Positions 10,335 through 20,095 of a DNA stretch of 64,000 nt are shown piece after piece. The notes under the pieces are model-generated. The model searched no databases. It saw nothing but the letters and a program-made list of their open reading frames with translations, and was not told where the DNA came from. How positions within the stretch are numbered: position 1 is the first letter of the stretch; each line of letters starts with the position of its first letter. The position numbers and the translations under genes are program-made. This DNA is from Halarcobacter sp. (lineage in GTDB: Bacteria > Campylobacterota > Campylobacteria > Campylobacterales > Arcobacteraceae). Location of the stretch: contig OY781089.1 of assembly GCA_963676565.1 (NCBI GenBank), forward strand, positions 2,144,399-2,208,398, given 5' to 3'.

Positions 10335-11636
10335 TTAGTCTTCTAAGGCGTCTGCTATTAGTTCAATTGGATTTTTAAATGTAACATCAACACCAGATAC
10401 ATGAAGTGAGTTAGATACCTGAATTCTACAGGCACTACATTCAGCACTTACAATCTCTGCTTTTGTTTCTTTAATCATAGCAGCTTTTGGAAGTCCAGCA
10501 GCCCTTGCTAATTCATACTTTTCTGATTGCATAGTAACCCCACCAAAACCACAACATCTATTAGGATCACTCATTTCAGTCATTACATAATTTTGGCTTA
10601 ATAAATTTCTTGGTTCTTGCCAAACACCTTGAACTTTTCTTGCATGACATGCATCATGGTAAGTTACAGTTGTATCAAATTTTTTACTTGAGTTAGCAAG
10701 TAATTGTTTTAAATTTGTATTGTCTTCAAGCCATTTCGTTGCCATAAATACTTTTTTAGAGATTTTAGAAGCTCTTTCTTTCCATTCTGGCTGGTCATGT
10801 AAAAAGTGCTCCCAATCTTGATTAATCATAGCACTACAAGTAGCTTCAGGAATAACAATAGCATCAACTTCATCAAGCCATTGTTCGAAATATTCAATAT
10901 TATGTTTTATTAAATAATCAACTGTATCAAAATCTCCAGTAAAATAAGCTGGTGCTCCACAACATAATTGTTTTTTAGGTATAAAAATATCAACCCCAAC
11001 TTTTTTAAGAATCTTAACTAAACCATCACCTGTTTTTGTATAAGCATAATTACTCATACATCCAATAAAAATAGCAACTCTTTGTTTTTTCTCTTCGTTA
11101 TTTGTATCTTTATTAACTTTAATATTTTCAGGGTATTTATTTAAAAAACTTTTTCTATCAGCATAAGTTAATGCTCTTTCTTTTTTAATTAAAGGAACTG
11201 AAAATCTTAAAAATGAAGTTTTCTTTTCTGTATCTTTTTTTATTGCACATGATTGAAATACCCAACCTAAAGTTGCAAGTAAATCCATGGTTTTTCTATG
11301 TCTTAATAACCAAAAGAATGCTCTTTTATACCAAGCAATTCCATATTTCTTTCCAATATCATATCTAACTTGCTCAATAATCATATCAGTAGGTAAATCA
11401 TTTGGACAAACATCAACGCAGTTTGTACATAAAAAACATGATTCAAAGATATCTTTAGCATTTCTATCAAGTTCTAATTCATCCCTTTTATATGCACCTA
11501 ATAAATCAATGAAACCCCTTGGACTGGTCGTTTCATCTTGATTAATATTAAAAATTGTACATACAGGTTTACATTTTCCACATTTTACACAATCATCACT
11601 AATTTGTGTATAATCAAATTTTTCCATTGCATTCAT
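10335..11636 (-). CDS. (Fe-S)-binding oxidoreductase subunit (GlcF/GlpC-like: two 4Fe-4S motifs plus two CCG domains)
   Basis: CVKCGKCKPVC and CFLCTNCVDVCP; CCGAP and CCGFGG; YHDACH. Confidence 0.85.
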   Translation of the reverse strand: MNAMEKFDYTQISDDCVKCGKCKPVCTIFNINQDETTSPRGFIDLLGAYKRDELELDRNAKDIFESCFLCTNCVDVCPNDLPTDMIIEQVRYDIGKKYGIAWYKRAFFWLLRHRKTMDLLATLGWVFQSCAIKKDTEKKTSFLRFSVPLIKKERALTYADRKSFLNKYPENIKVNKDTNNEEKKQRVAIFIGCMSNYAYTKTGDGLVKILKKVGVDIFIPKKQLCCGAPAYFTGDFDTVDYLIKHNIEYFEQWLDEVDAIVIPEATCSAMINQDWEHFLHDQPEWKERASKISKKVFMATKWLEDNTNLKQLLANSSKKFDTTVTYHDACHARKVQGVWQEPRNLLSQNYVMTEMSDPNRCCGFGGVTMQSEKYELARAAGLPKAAMIKETKAEIVSAECSACRIQVSNSLHVSGVDVTFKNPIELIADALED

Positions 11637-13003
11637 TATATTGTTTTACTAAACCTTCTTTTATTTTCAGGAACTCTTTTTAAGTATGCATCAAAAGGCA
11701 TACAAATATTTCTTATTAACATTGTTCCTGTAGGAGAAACTGTTATTTTTTCATCATTGATTGATACTAATTCAGCTTCTACAAACTCATCAAGTAATGG
11801 TAAATCATTTTTAAAATATTCTTTAAAATCTATATCAAATTTTTCTTCAACTCTTTTTATATTTAAAGAGAAATTACTCATTAACTCCATGATAACAAAT
11901 TGTCTTAATATATCATCTTCACTTAATCTATAACCTTTAAAAATAGGAAGCTCGTCATTATCAATTGCTGCTTCATACTGTTTTAAATCTTTATAGTTTT
12001 GTGCATAGTAATCAACTCCATTTCCTATGGAGGTAACACCAATACCTATTAAATCAGCTCCACCTTTAGTTGTATAACCCTGGAAGTTTCTATGAAGCTC
12101 ACCTTTTTCAATAGCTTTAAACAGCTCATCTTCAGGTTTTGCAAAGTGATCCATCCCAACCATTTTATATCCATTGGTTGTGAAAAAATCAATAGTATCT
12201 TTTAATATCTCAAGTTTTTCCGATGGCGGTGCAAAAGTAGTTTCATCAAATTTTCTCATAGTTTTCATAAGCCAAGGAACATGTGCATAATTAAATACTG
12301 CTAATCTATCTGGATTAAGTTTTATAATCTCTTTAACTGTTTCATTAAATGTTTTTCTATTTTGGTGTGGAAGACCATAAATTAAATCAATATTTATTGA
12401 CTTAATACCTGCTTCTCTAGCTATATTCATAACGTTTTGAGTTGTTTCATATGGTTGGATTCTATGAATTGTTTTTTGTACTTGTTCATTTAAATCTTGA
12501 ACACCAAATGAAAGTCTATTAAATCCACCTTCTTTTAGTACATCCATATGTTCTTTTGTAAAATATCTTGGGTCTACTTCACATGAAATTTCAGCGTCAT
12601 CACTAAAATTTGGAAAAGTTTCTTTAAGCATTTTAATAACTTCATTTAATTGCTCTGGAGAAAAATATGTTGGTGTACCACCACCAAAATGCATTTGAGT
12701 AACTTTTCTATTTGTATTTAAATGTTTTTTTAAAATATTTAGTTCTTTTTGTAAGTACTCTAAATATCTAACTTTTTTATCCTCTTTTGAGGTAAATATT
12801 ACATTACACCCACAAAAATAACAGGCGCTTCTACAAAATGGGAGATGGATATATAAAGATAAATCTCTATCATCACTTTGTTTACTATAATATTCTATTA
12901 AATCTTCTTTTGAAAACTCTTCACTAAACTCTGGTGCAGTTGGATATGATGTATATCTAGGCCCTGGTTTTGAATACTTTTCAAATTTTTTAAAATCTAT
13001 CAT
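11636..13003 (-). CDS. hemN: Oxygen-independent coproporphyrinogen III oxidase
   Basis: GPRYTSYPTA, HLPFCRSACYFCGC, HFGGGTPT, GMDHFA, HRNFQGYTT. Confidence 0.96.
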   Translation of the reverse strand: MIDFKKFEKYSKPGPRYTSYPTAPEFSEEFSKEDLIEYYSKQSDDRDLSLYIHLPFCRSACYFCGCNVIFTSKEDKKVRYLEYLQKELNILKKHLNTNRKVTQMHFGGGTPTYFSPEQLNEVIKMLKETFPNFSDDAEISCEVDPRYFTKEHMDVLKEGGFNRLSFGVQDLNEQVQKTIHRIQPYETTQNVMNIAREAGIKSINIDLIYGLPHQNRKTFNETVKEIIKLNPDRLAVFNYAHVPWLMKTMRKFDETTFAPPSEKLEILKDTIDFFTTNGYKMVGMDHFAKPEDELFKAIEKGELHRNFQGYTTKGGADLIGIGVTSIGNGVDYYAQNYKDLKQYEAAIDNDELPIFKGYRLSEDDILRQFVIMELMSNFSLNIKRVEEKFDIDFKEYFKNDLPLLDEFVEAELVSINDEKITVSPTGTMLIRNICMPFDAYLKRVPENKRRFSKTI

Positions 13004-13018
13004 ATTTTCTTCTTATAT

Positions 13019-13945
13019 CTATTTGTTTATTTGTCTACTTAACCAAACCATAACACCTTTTTGTGCATGTAATCTATTTTCAGCTTCTTCAAAAACTAAG
13101 CTTTCTTCACCCTCAATAACATCTTCAGATACTTCATAACCTCTATATGCAGGAAGACAATGTAAAAATATTGCATTTGATGCACCTAATTTCATCATCT
13201 CTTTATCTACAATATATCCATCAAAATCTTTTACTCTTTTCTCTTTTTCATCTTCTTGACCCATTGATACCCAAGTGTCTGTTGTAATAACTGTAGCACC
13301 TTTACAAGCCTCTTTAGGATCATTTCCAATAATAATTTTTGCACCAGATTCTTTTGCAAAGTTTAGTGCATCATCTAAAATATTTTGATTTACTTCATAA
13401 CCTTTTGGTGTAGCAATTCTAAGTTCAAAACCAAGTTTTGAAGCTAACATTAGCCAAGAATGTGCAAGATTGTTTCCATCACCAACATAAGAGACAACTA
13501 AGTCTTTATCTAACCCAGCTTCTTGAATTGTTAAATAATCAGCCATTAATTGTACAGGGTGATATTCATCTGTAAGTCCATTGATTACTGGAACTTTAGA
13601 ATATTTTGCAAACTCTTCAATTTTTGATTGTGCAAATGTTCTAATCATTACCATATCAACCATACTTGATACAACTCTTGAAGTATCACTCATAGGTTCA
13701 CCACGACCTAATTGAATATCATTTGAAGATAAAAATAGACCAACTCCACCTAATTGATAAATACCAACTTCAAAACTTACTCTAGTTCTAGTACTACTTT
13801 TTTCAAAAATCATTCCAAGAGTATTTTTTGGCATATAGTCATTGAAAACTTTATTTTTAGTCTCTTTTTTAATCTTTGCAGCTAGCTCTAAAATCTCTAA
13901 TATTTCTTCTTTAGTATAATCTCTAAGTGTTAAAAAATGTCTCAT
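13019..13945 (-). CDS. argF: Ornithine carbamoyltransferase
   Basis: [29 protein letters not shown]. Confidence 0.96.
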   Translation of the reverse strand: MRHFLTLRDYTKEEILEILELAAKIKKETKNKVFNDYMPKNTLGMIFEKSSTRTRVSFEVGIYQLGGVGLFLSSNDIQLGRGEPMSDTSRVVSSMVDMVMIRTFAQSKIEEFAKYSKVPVINGLTDEYHPVQLMADYLTIQEAGLDKDLVVSYVGDGNNLAHSWLMLASKLGFELRIATPKGYEVNQNILDDALNFAKESGAKIIIGNDPKEACKGATVITTDTWVSMGQEDEKEKRVKDFDGYIVDKEMMKLGASNAIFLHCLPAYRGYEVSEDVIEGEESLVFEEAENRLHAQKGVMVWLSRQINK

Positions 13946-14014
13946 TTAAGTATCCTTCTTTTGTAAAAACGACTATTATATATTAAATCTGTTTACTTAT
14001 AACTTAACGGTTAT

Positions 14015-14545
14015 TTACTTTTTTTTCGGCATTTGGGCTAAATACTCTTTATATTTTAAAGAATCAAGTTTCTCAACTTTATTCATAACTTCATTGTTCA
14101 TTTGCTCTTTATATTTAGAGATTTTTTCTCTAATATTTGAATCACTAGAACCTATAATTTGTGATGCTAAAATCCCAGCATTTTTTGCTCCATTAATTGC
14201 AACAGTTGCAACAGGAACTCCTCCAGGCATTTGAACAATTGATAATAATGAATCCATACCTTCTAAGTTTGAACCTCGAACAGGAACTCCTATAACAGGA
14301 AGTGGTGTTAAGGCTGCAACCATACCTGGTAAATGAGCGGCACCTCCAGCTCCTGCAATAATAACTTTTAATCCTCTTTCAACAGCACTTGTAGAATATT
14401 CAACTAGTCTATCAGGAGTTCTGTGAGCTGATACAATACTTACTTCATATTCAATACCAAACTCTTCACACATTTGTACTGCTGCACTCATAACTGGTAG
14501 GTCAGAGTCACTTCCCATAATAATTCCAACTAACGGTTTAGACAT
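14015..14545 (-). CDS. purE: N5-CAIR mutase
   Basis: [36 protein letters not shown]. Confidence 0.96.
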   Translation of the reverse strand: MSKPLVGIIMGSDSDLPVMSAAVQMCEEFGIEYEVSIVSAHRTPDRLVEYSTSAVERGLKVIIAGAGGAAHLPGMVAALTPLPVIGVPVRGSNLEGMDSLLSIVQMPGGVPVATVAINGAKNAGILASQIIGSSDSNIREKISKYKEQMNNEVMNKVEKLDSLKYKEYLAQMPKKK

Positions 14546-15695
14546 ATTTCTTACTTCCTTTAATTTTTAAAATATCTTTTGCTTTCATAGCTTTTTCTAA
14601 TGCTTTGTTTATATCATCATCTAAAACTGTAACATGACCCATTTTTCTAAATGGTTTTGTATAAGATTTTCCATAAAAGTGAAATGATAATTCTGGAATC
14701 TCTAAAGCATCATGAATTCCATGGATAAAAGGTTCACCCTCATAGTGCTCTTCCCCTAAAAGATTTATCATAACTGCCGGAGAAATTAATTTTGTAGAAC
14801 CTAAAGGTAAATTTGTAACTGCTCTAATGATTTGCTCAAACTGTGATGTCGCACAAGCTTCAACAGTATAGTGTCCAGAGTTATGAGGTCTTGGTGCTAT
14901 TTCATTAACTAAAATCTTTCCATCTTTTGTTAAAAATAGTTCAACTCCAAAAATACCAATACCATTTAATGCTTCAATAGATTTTTTTGATATCTCAATG
15001 GCTTTTTGTTCAATTTCAAATGGGATTCTAGCAGGAGCTAATACACTATCGCAAATATTAACCCTTTCATCAAATAGCATTTCAACAACAGGATAGCATT
15101 TAATCTCACCTTCAAAATTTCTAGCAACAATAATTGCTAACTCTTTATCAATGTTAACTAGCTCTTCGATAAATGATTCATCTCTAATTGCTTTAGTGCT
15201 AACCTCTTCTTGTGATTTAAGCATTTGAACACCTTTCCCATCATATCCACCAAGCTTAGCTTTTTGAATAACAGGAAAACCAAATGAGCCTAAATCTTCA
15301 TCATTTCTAACATCTTTATACATAGGAACAGGAATGCCTTTTTCATCTAGAAGCTTCTTTTGTTCATATTTATTTTGTATCAATTCCATAACATATGGTG
15401 ATGGATGAATTTTATGTCCATGATTATATAACTCTTTTAAAATGCTCATATCAACATGCTCAAGCTCAAAGGTTGTAACATCATTTTCTTGAACTAGTTG
15501 TTCAAGTTTTTCTTTATCATAAAATCCACCAATAATATGTTTATCAGAAACTTGAGCGGCAGGACAGTTAAAAGTAGGGTCTAAAATAGTTACATGAAAG
15601 CCCATTTTTTTAGCTTTTTGAGACATTATTTTACCTAATTGTCCCCCACCAATAATACCAACTTTTAAATTTGAATAATTAAAATCTTTGTTCAT
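14538..15695 (-). CDS. purK: N5-CAIR synthetase (ATP-grasp)
   Basis: [33 protein letters not shown]. Confidence 0.95.
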   Translation of the reverse strand: MNKDFNYSNLKVGIIGGGQLGKIMSQKAKKMGFHVTILDPTFNCPAAQVSDKHIIGGFYDKEKLEQLVQENDVTTFELEHVDMSILKELYNHGHKIHPSPYVMELIQNKYEQKKLLDEKGIPVPMYKDVRNDEDLGSFGFPVIQKAKLGGYDGKGVQMLKSQEEVSTKAIRDESFIEELVNIDKELAIIVARNFEGEIKCYPVVEMLFDERVNICDSVLAPARIPFEIEQKAIEISKKSIEALNGIGIFGVELFLTKDGKILVNEIAPRPHNSGHYTVEACATSQFEQIIRAVTNLPLGSTKLISPAVMINLLGEEHYEGEPFIHGIHDALEIPELSFHFYGKSYTKPFRKMGHVTVLDDDINKALEKAMKAKDILKIKGSKKYV

Positions 15696-15713
15696 ATATC
15701 TCTTCTTTATCTC

Positions 15714-16004
15714 TTAAATTAGTAACATCACGTCACTTACGATGCATTTACCACCATATTTTTTTATAAATTTACTAATAGAATCTTCAATATTTAGATA
15801 TTTAGATTCTTCACATACTGTAAAAACATAATTATTGCTAAATACATCAGTTACATCATCAGCAGTTTTAAGTCCATGACCACCTGCACCTTGAATATCT
15901 TTAATTATAGTATAACCATTGATATCATTACTTTTAAATAAATCAATTAATCTGTTTACATAAACTGACTCAATTATTATTTCAACCTTTTTCATCTCCC
16001 GCAT
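15714..16004 (-). CDS. sbtB: P-II-like regulator, SbtB-type
   Basis: MKKVEIII...GYTIIKDIQGAGGHG P-II pattern, 96 aa, 6 bp downstream of the SbtA-family gene. Confidence 0.75.
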   Translation of the reverse strand: MREMKKVEIIIESVYVNRLIDLFKSNDINGYTIIKDIQGAGGHGLKTADDVTDVFSNNYVFTVCEESKYLNIEDSISKFIKKYGGKCIVSDVMLLI

Positions 16005-16010
16005 AAATCC

Positions 16011-16991
16011 TTACCCCCAAATTAAGTTTATAAAATAATAATACAACGGAATACCAAGTGATATATTAAACGGGAAAGTTATAGCTAAACTTAATGGTAA
16101 ATATATACCTGGATTTGCTTGAGGTACTGATAATCTCATTGCCGCTGGAACAGCAATATAAGAAGCACTACCACTTAATAATGCTAGTAAAAATGCATCC
16201 CCTTTTGATAAAGAGAAATAATATCCAAGTGCTATAGCAACACTTGCATTTATAATTGGCATTAATAAAGCAAAAATGATTAAAAACATACCAACTTTTT
16301 TTAGTTCGTAAATTTTTCTTGCAGCAACTAATCCCATATCTAATAGGAAAAATGCTAGAAAACCTTTAAATAAAGTTCCAAATAAAGGCTCCATTGAATG
16401 CCAACCTTTTTCCCCTGTAGTAATCCCAATAATTAAAGCACCAATTAGTAAAAAAACTGAAGGGTTTAAAAAAGACTCTTTTAAGATCTCTTTCCAATTT
16501 GTTTTTTCATCTTTATCTTCATCAGAACCTTTTGCAAATAAAGCTGCAAATACAAGTCCAATTACAATAGCTGGTGACTCCATTAATGTCATAGCTGCAA
16601 CCATATGTCCACCGTAGTCTATACCAATAGTTTGTAAATATGTAATACCCGTAATAAATGTAACAGCACTAATTGAACCATAAGTTGCAGCAATTGCAAC
16701 GGAGTTATAGGTATCTAGTTTTGTTCTTAATATAAAATAACTATACACTGGAACAATAGATGCCATAAGCACTGCAAGCATCAAAGACTTAAAAACATAT
16801 ATGTCTAAACCACTTTTAGATAATTCATATCCTCCATGCAAACCTATTGCTATTAATAAATAAAGGGAAAATAGTTTTGGAAGAGGTTGAGGAATTGTTA
16901 ATTCTGATTTTAAAAAGACTGCAAGCATCCCTAAAAAAAAGAATAAAATTGGTGGATTTAGTATATTTTGTAATATTAAATCAATATTCAT
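16011..16991 (-). CDS. sbtA: Sodium-dependent bicarbonate transporter, SbtA family
   Basis: About 10 TM segments; LLIAIGLHGG, AATYGSISAVTF, MESPAIVIG, FLLDMG, SASYIAVPAAMR, ITFPFNI motifs. Confidence 0.88.
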   Translation of the reverse strand: MNIDLILQNILNPPILFFFLGMLAVFLKSELTIPQPLPKLFSLYLLIAIGLHGGYELSKSGLDIYVFKSLMLAVLMASIVPVYSYFILRTKLDTYNSVAIAATYGSISAVTFITGITYLQTIGIDYGGHMVAAMTLMESPAIVIGLVFAALFAKGSDEDKDEKTNWKEILKESFLNPSVFLLIGALIIGITTGEKGWHSMEPLFGTLFKGFLAFFLLDMGLVAARKIYELKKVGMFLIIFALLMPIINASVAIALGYYFSLSKGDAFLLALLSGSASYIAVPAAMRLSVPQANPGIYLPLSLAITFPFNISLGIPLYYYFINLIWG

Positions 16992-17110
16992 AAATTAAAT
17001 TCCTAATAAATTTTCTTTTGTAAAATTGATATTATATCTCAAAAAAGCTTTTTCTACTTTAAAGATAATCAAAAAAATTAGAAAAAATTATTTTTATTTC
17101 TTTAGTTTCG

Positions 17111-17131
17111 ATTTTGTGACATTTTCGTGAC
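17111..17131. promoter_or_regulatory. Candidate transcription-factor site: GTGAC direct repeat with 11-bp period upstream of nrdD
   Basis: ATTTTGTGAC ATTTTCGTGAC; GTGAC at 17116 and 17127. Confidence 0.35.
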
Positions 17132-17191
17132 TTTTTATATTATTATTTTTTAAGTAGAAAGGCTCTAAAATTTTGATTGTAAAGGATAGGA

Positions 17192-19303
17192 ATGATAGAA
17201 AATATTTTAAAAAGAGATGGCAATTATGAGCCATTTGAAGAGTATAAAATAAAAGATGCTATTAAAAAAGCATTTAAAAGTGTTCATACAACATATGATT
17301 CTATAATTTATTTAAATGTAATAGAACAATTAAGCAAAAAAAGAGTGATTGCCGTTGAAGATATTCAAGATTTAATTGAGTCAGAACTTTTTAAAGCTAG
17401 ATATTTTGAAGTATTAAAATCATTTATGCTTTATAGACATATGCACAAATTACAAAGAGAACAAGTTTTAGGATTAAACGAAGATACTACATATATCAAT
17501 TCAACACAAACAATTGAAGAGTATATTAATGGAACAGATTGGAGAATTAAAGCAAATTCAAATACAGGTTATTCCCATGCAGGACTTATAAACAATAGTG
17601 CAGGGAAGGTGATTGCTAATTATTGGCTAGATAAAATCTACTCAAAAGAAGAGGGCTATGCCCATAGAAATGCTGATTATCATATTCATGACCTGGATTG
17701 TTTAAGCGGATATTGTGCTGGATGGAGCTTAAGAGTTTTATTGGATGAAGGTTTTAATGGAGTTAGAGGTAGGGTTGAGTCATGTGCGCCAAACCATTTT
17801 AGAGAAGCTTTAGGTCAAATGGCAAATTTTCTAGGAATCTTACAAAGTGAATGGGCTGGAGCTCAAGCATTTTCATCATTTGATACTTACTTAGCACCTT
17901 ATGTATTTAAGGATAAATTATCTTTTAGTGAAGTAAAAAAGAATATTAGAAGTTTTGTATATAATTTAAATGTTCCTGCACGTTGGGGACAAAGCCCTTT
18001 TACTAATATTACAATTGACTGGACAGTTCCAAGGGATTTAAAAGATCAAATCCCAACAAGAAACCAAGAACATTTATTTAAAAATATAGATGATGAAGAG
18101 TTATTGAAAAAAGCTAAAGATAAAGGGCATGAGTTTTTAACTGAGCTTACATATAAAGATTTCCAAAAACAAATGGATATGATTAATAAAGCATATTATG
18201 AGGTTATGACAGAAGGGGATAAAACAGGACAACCATTTACTTTCCCAATCCCTACTGTAAATTTAACAGAGGATTTTGATTGGTATGGTGAAAATACTGA
18301 TTTATTATTTGAAAATACTGCAAAGATAGGAAGTTCATATTTTCAAAACTTTATAGGAAGTCAATATACTAAAGATGAAAATGGAAAATTAATACCAAAT
18401 GATAATGCTTATAAACCAGGTCATGTTAGATCTATGTGTTGTAGATTACAACTTGATTTAAGAGAACTTCTAAAAAGAGGTGGTGGTTTATTTGGTAGTG
18501 CTGAGATGACAGGAAGTATTGGTGTTGTAACAATCAACATGGCAAGACTTGGATATCTTTATAAAGGTGATAAAGATTCTTTGTTTACTAGACTTGAAGA
18601 ATTAATGGATTTAGCTAAATCAACTTTAGAGAAAAAAAGAGTTTTTGTTAACGATTTATATGAAAGGGGATTATTCCCTTATACAAAAAGATATTTACCT
18701 GGATTTAATAACCATTTTTCAACAATTGGTGTAAATGGTATCAATGAGATGATAATTAATTTTAGTGAAAAAGAGTTTGATATCTCAAAAAATGAGGGGA
18801 TTTTATTTGCCAATGAAATTTTAGATTTTATGAGAGATAAAATGGCAGATTATCAAGAAGAAACAGGAAACTTATACAATCTTGAGGCAACACCTGCTGA
18901 AGGAACAACTTATAGATTTGCAAAAGAGGATAAGAAAAGATACCAAGATATCTATCAAGCGGGATATGGTAAAAATATTTTCTATACAAATTCTTCACAA
19001 CTTCCTGTTGATTATACAGATGATGTTTTTCAAGCTTTAGATTTACAAGATGATTTACAGGGCAAATATACTGGTGGAACAGTTCTTCACTTATATATGA
19101 AAGAGAGAATCAGTTCAATTGAAGCTTGTAGAAAATTAGTAAGAAATGTTATCTCAAATTATACTTTACCATATATTACTATTACTCCAGTTTTCTCTAT
19201 TTGTCCTAAACATGGATATATAAATGGTGAATATGAGTATTGTCCAATTTGTGACCAAGAAATTTTAGATGAGGAGTTAAATAATGAAAAGCTTAGAGCC
19301 TGA
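17192..19303 (+). CDS. nrdD: Class III (anaerobic) ribonucleoside-triphosphate reductase, large part lacking the glycyl-radical loop
   Basis: ATP cone (ILKRDG...KIKDAI), YCAGWS, finger loop SMCCRL, NLEATPAE, YTGGTVLH, Zn site CPKHG...CPIC. Ends without an R-V-x-G-Y motif. Confidence 0.93.
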   Translation: MIENILKRDGNYEPFEEYKIKDAIKKAFKSVHTTYDSIIYLNVIEQLSKKRVIAVEDIQDLIESELFKARYFEVLKSFMLYRHMHKLQREQVLGLNEDTTYINSTQTIEEYINGTDWRIKANSNTGYSHAGLINNSAGKVIANYWLDKIYSKEEGYAHRNADYHIHDLDCLSGYCAGWSLRVLLDEGFNGVRGRVESCAPNHFREALGQMANFLGILQSEWAGAQAFSSFDTYLAPYVFKDKLSFSEVKKNIRSFVYNLNVPARWGQSPFTNITIDWTVPRDLKDQIPTRNQEHLFKNIDDEELLKKAKDKGHEFLTELTYKDFQKQMDMINKAYYEVMTEGDKTGQPFTFPIPTVNLTEDFDWYGENTDLLFENTAKIGSSYFQNFIGSQYTKDENGKLIPNDNAYKPGHVRSMCCRLQLDLRELLKRGGGLFGSAEMTGSIGVVTINMARLGYLYKGDKDSLFTRLEELMDLAKSTLEKKRVFVNDLYERGLFPYTKRYLPGFNNHFSTIGVNGINEMIINFSEKEFDISKNEGILFANEILDFMRDKMADYQEETGNLYNLEATPAEGTTYRFAKEDKKRYQDIYQAGYGKNIFYTNSSQLPVDYTDDVFQALDLQDDLQGKYTGGTVLHLYMKERISSIEACRKLVRNVISNYTLPYITITPVFSICPKHGYINGEYEYCPICDQEILDEELNNEKLRA

Positions 19304-19442
19304 GAAATTAAAAGAGAAAAGAACAAGATGTATTGTTTACACAAGAGTTATGGGGTATCACAGACCAGTTGAGAGTTTTAATATTGGTAAAAAAGGTGAA
19401 CATTCTCAAAGAGTAAAATTCATTGAAAAAGATAATTTATAA
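19284..19442 (+). CDS. 52-aa NrdD C-terminal glycyl-radical domain encoded as a separate ORF (absent from the ORF track)
   Basis: My translation: MKSLEPEKLKEKRTRCIVYTRVMGYHRPVESFNIGKKGEHSQRVKFIEKDNL*. SD GAGGAG at 19271-19276. Contains the RVMGY motif. Confidence 0.9.
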   Translation: MKSLEPEKLKEKRTRCIVYTRVMGYHRPVESFNIGKKGEHSQRVKFIEKDNL

Positions 19443-20094
19443 TATAACACCGTTTACAACGGTTGATTATAAAGATCATTTATCTTGTATTGTATGGTTT
19501 AATTCATGCAATATGAGATGTAAATATTGTTATAACCCTGATATTGTTAATTCAAAATCAGGGCTTTATACAATTGAGGATTTATGTATTTTTTTAACGA
19601 AAAGGGTAGGTTTATTAGATGGTGTTGTATTAAGTGGTGGTGAAGCTTCATTGCATGATTTAAAATATGTTTGTAAATGTATTGCAGATTTAGGTTTTAA
19701 AATTAAACTTGATACAAATGGCTCAAATCCTAATATGATAAAAACTCTTTTAGATCAAAAACTATTAGATTTTGTAGCAATTGATTTTAAATCAACAAAA
19801 GATAAATTTTATGAGATTACAAAATCTAATTATTACAATAAATTTTTAGAATCACTACATCTACTTAAAAACTCAGCTATTGAGTATGAAGTAAGAACAA
19901 CTTTACATGAAGATTTATTAGATGAGGATGATATAAATGAGATGCAAACAGTTTTGATTGAAAATGGATATCATCAAAACTATTACATCCAAAAATTTTT
20001 AGAGACTGAAAATTTAAGTAATTTAAAATCATCGGAAAAACTATTTGATAAAAGTAAACTTCTTACTAATCTAAATATAGTTTGGAGAAATTAA
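19423..20094 (+). CDS. nrdG: Anaerobic RNR activating radical SAM enzyme
   Basis: CNMRCKYC, LDGVVLSGGE, KLDTNG, YEVRTT; TTG start overlapping the small nrdD ORF. Confidence 0.92.
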   Translation: MKKIIYNITPFTTVDYKDHLSCIVWFNSCNMRCKYCYNPDIVNSKSGLYTIEDLCIFLTKRVGLLDGVVLSGGEASLHDLKYVCKCIADLGFKIKLDTNGSNPNMIKTLLDQKLLDFVAIDFKSTKDKFYEITKSNYYNKFLESLHLLKNSAIEYEVRTTLHEDLLDEDDINEMQTVLIENGYHQNYYIQKFLETENLSNLKSSEKLFDKSKLLTNLNIVWRN

Positions 20095-20095
20095 T

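Noticed and set aside
17000-17191. NrdR box upstream of nrdD
   Set aside because: No match to the acaCwAtATaTwGtgt-type palindrome was seen.
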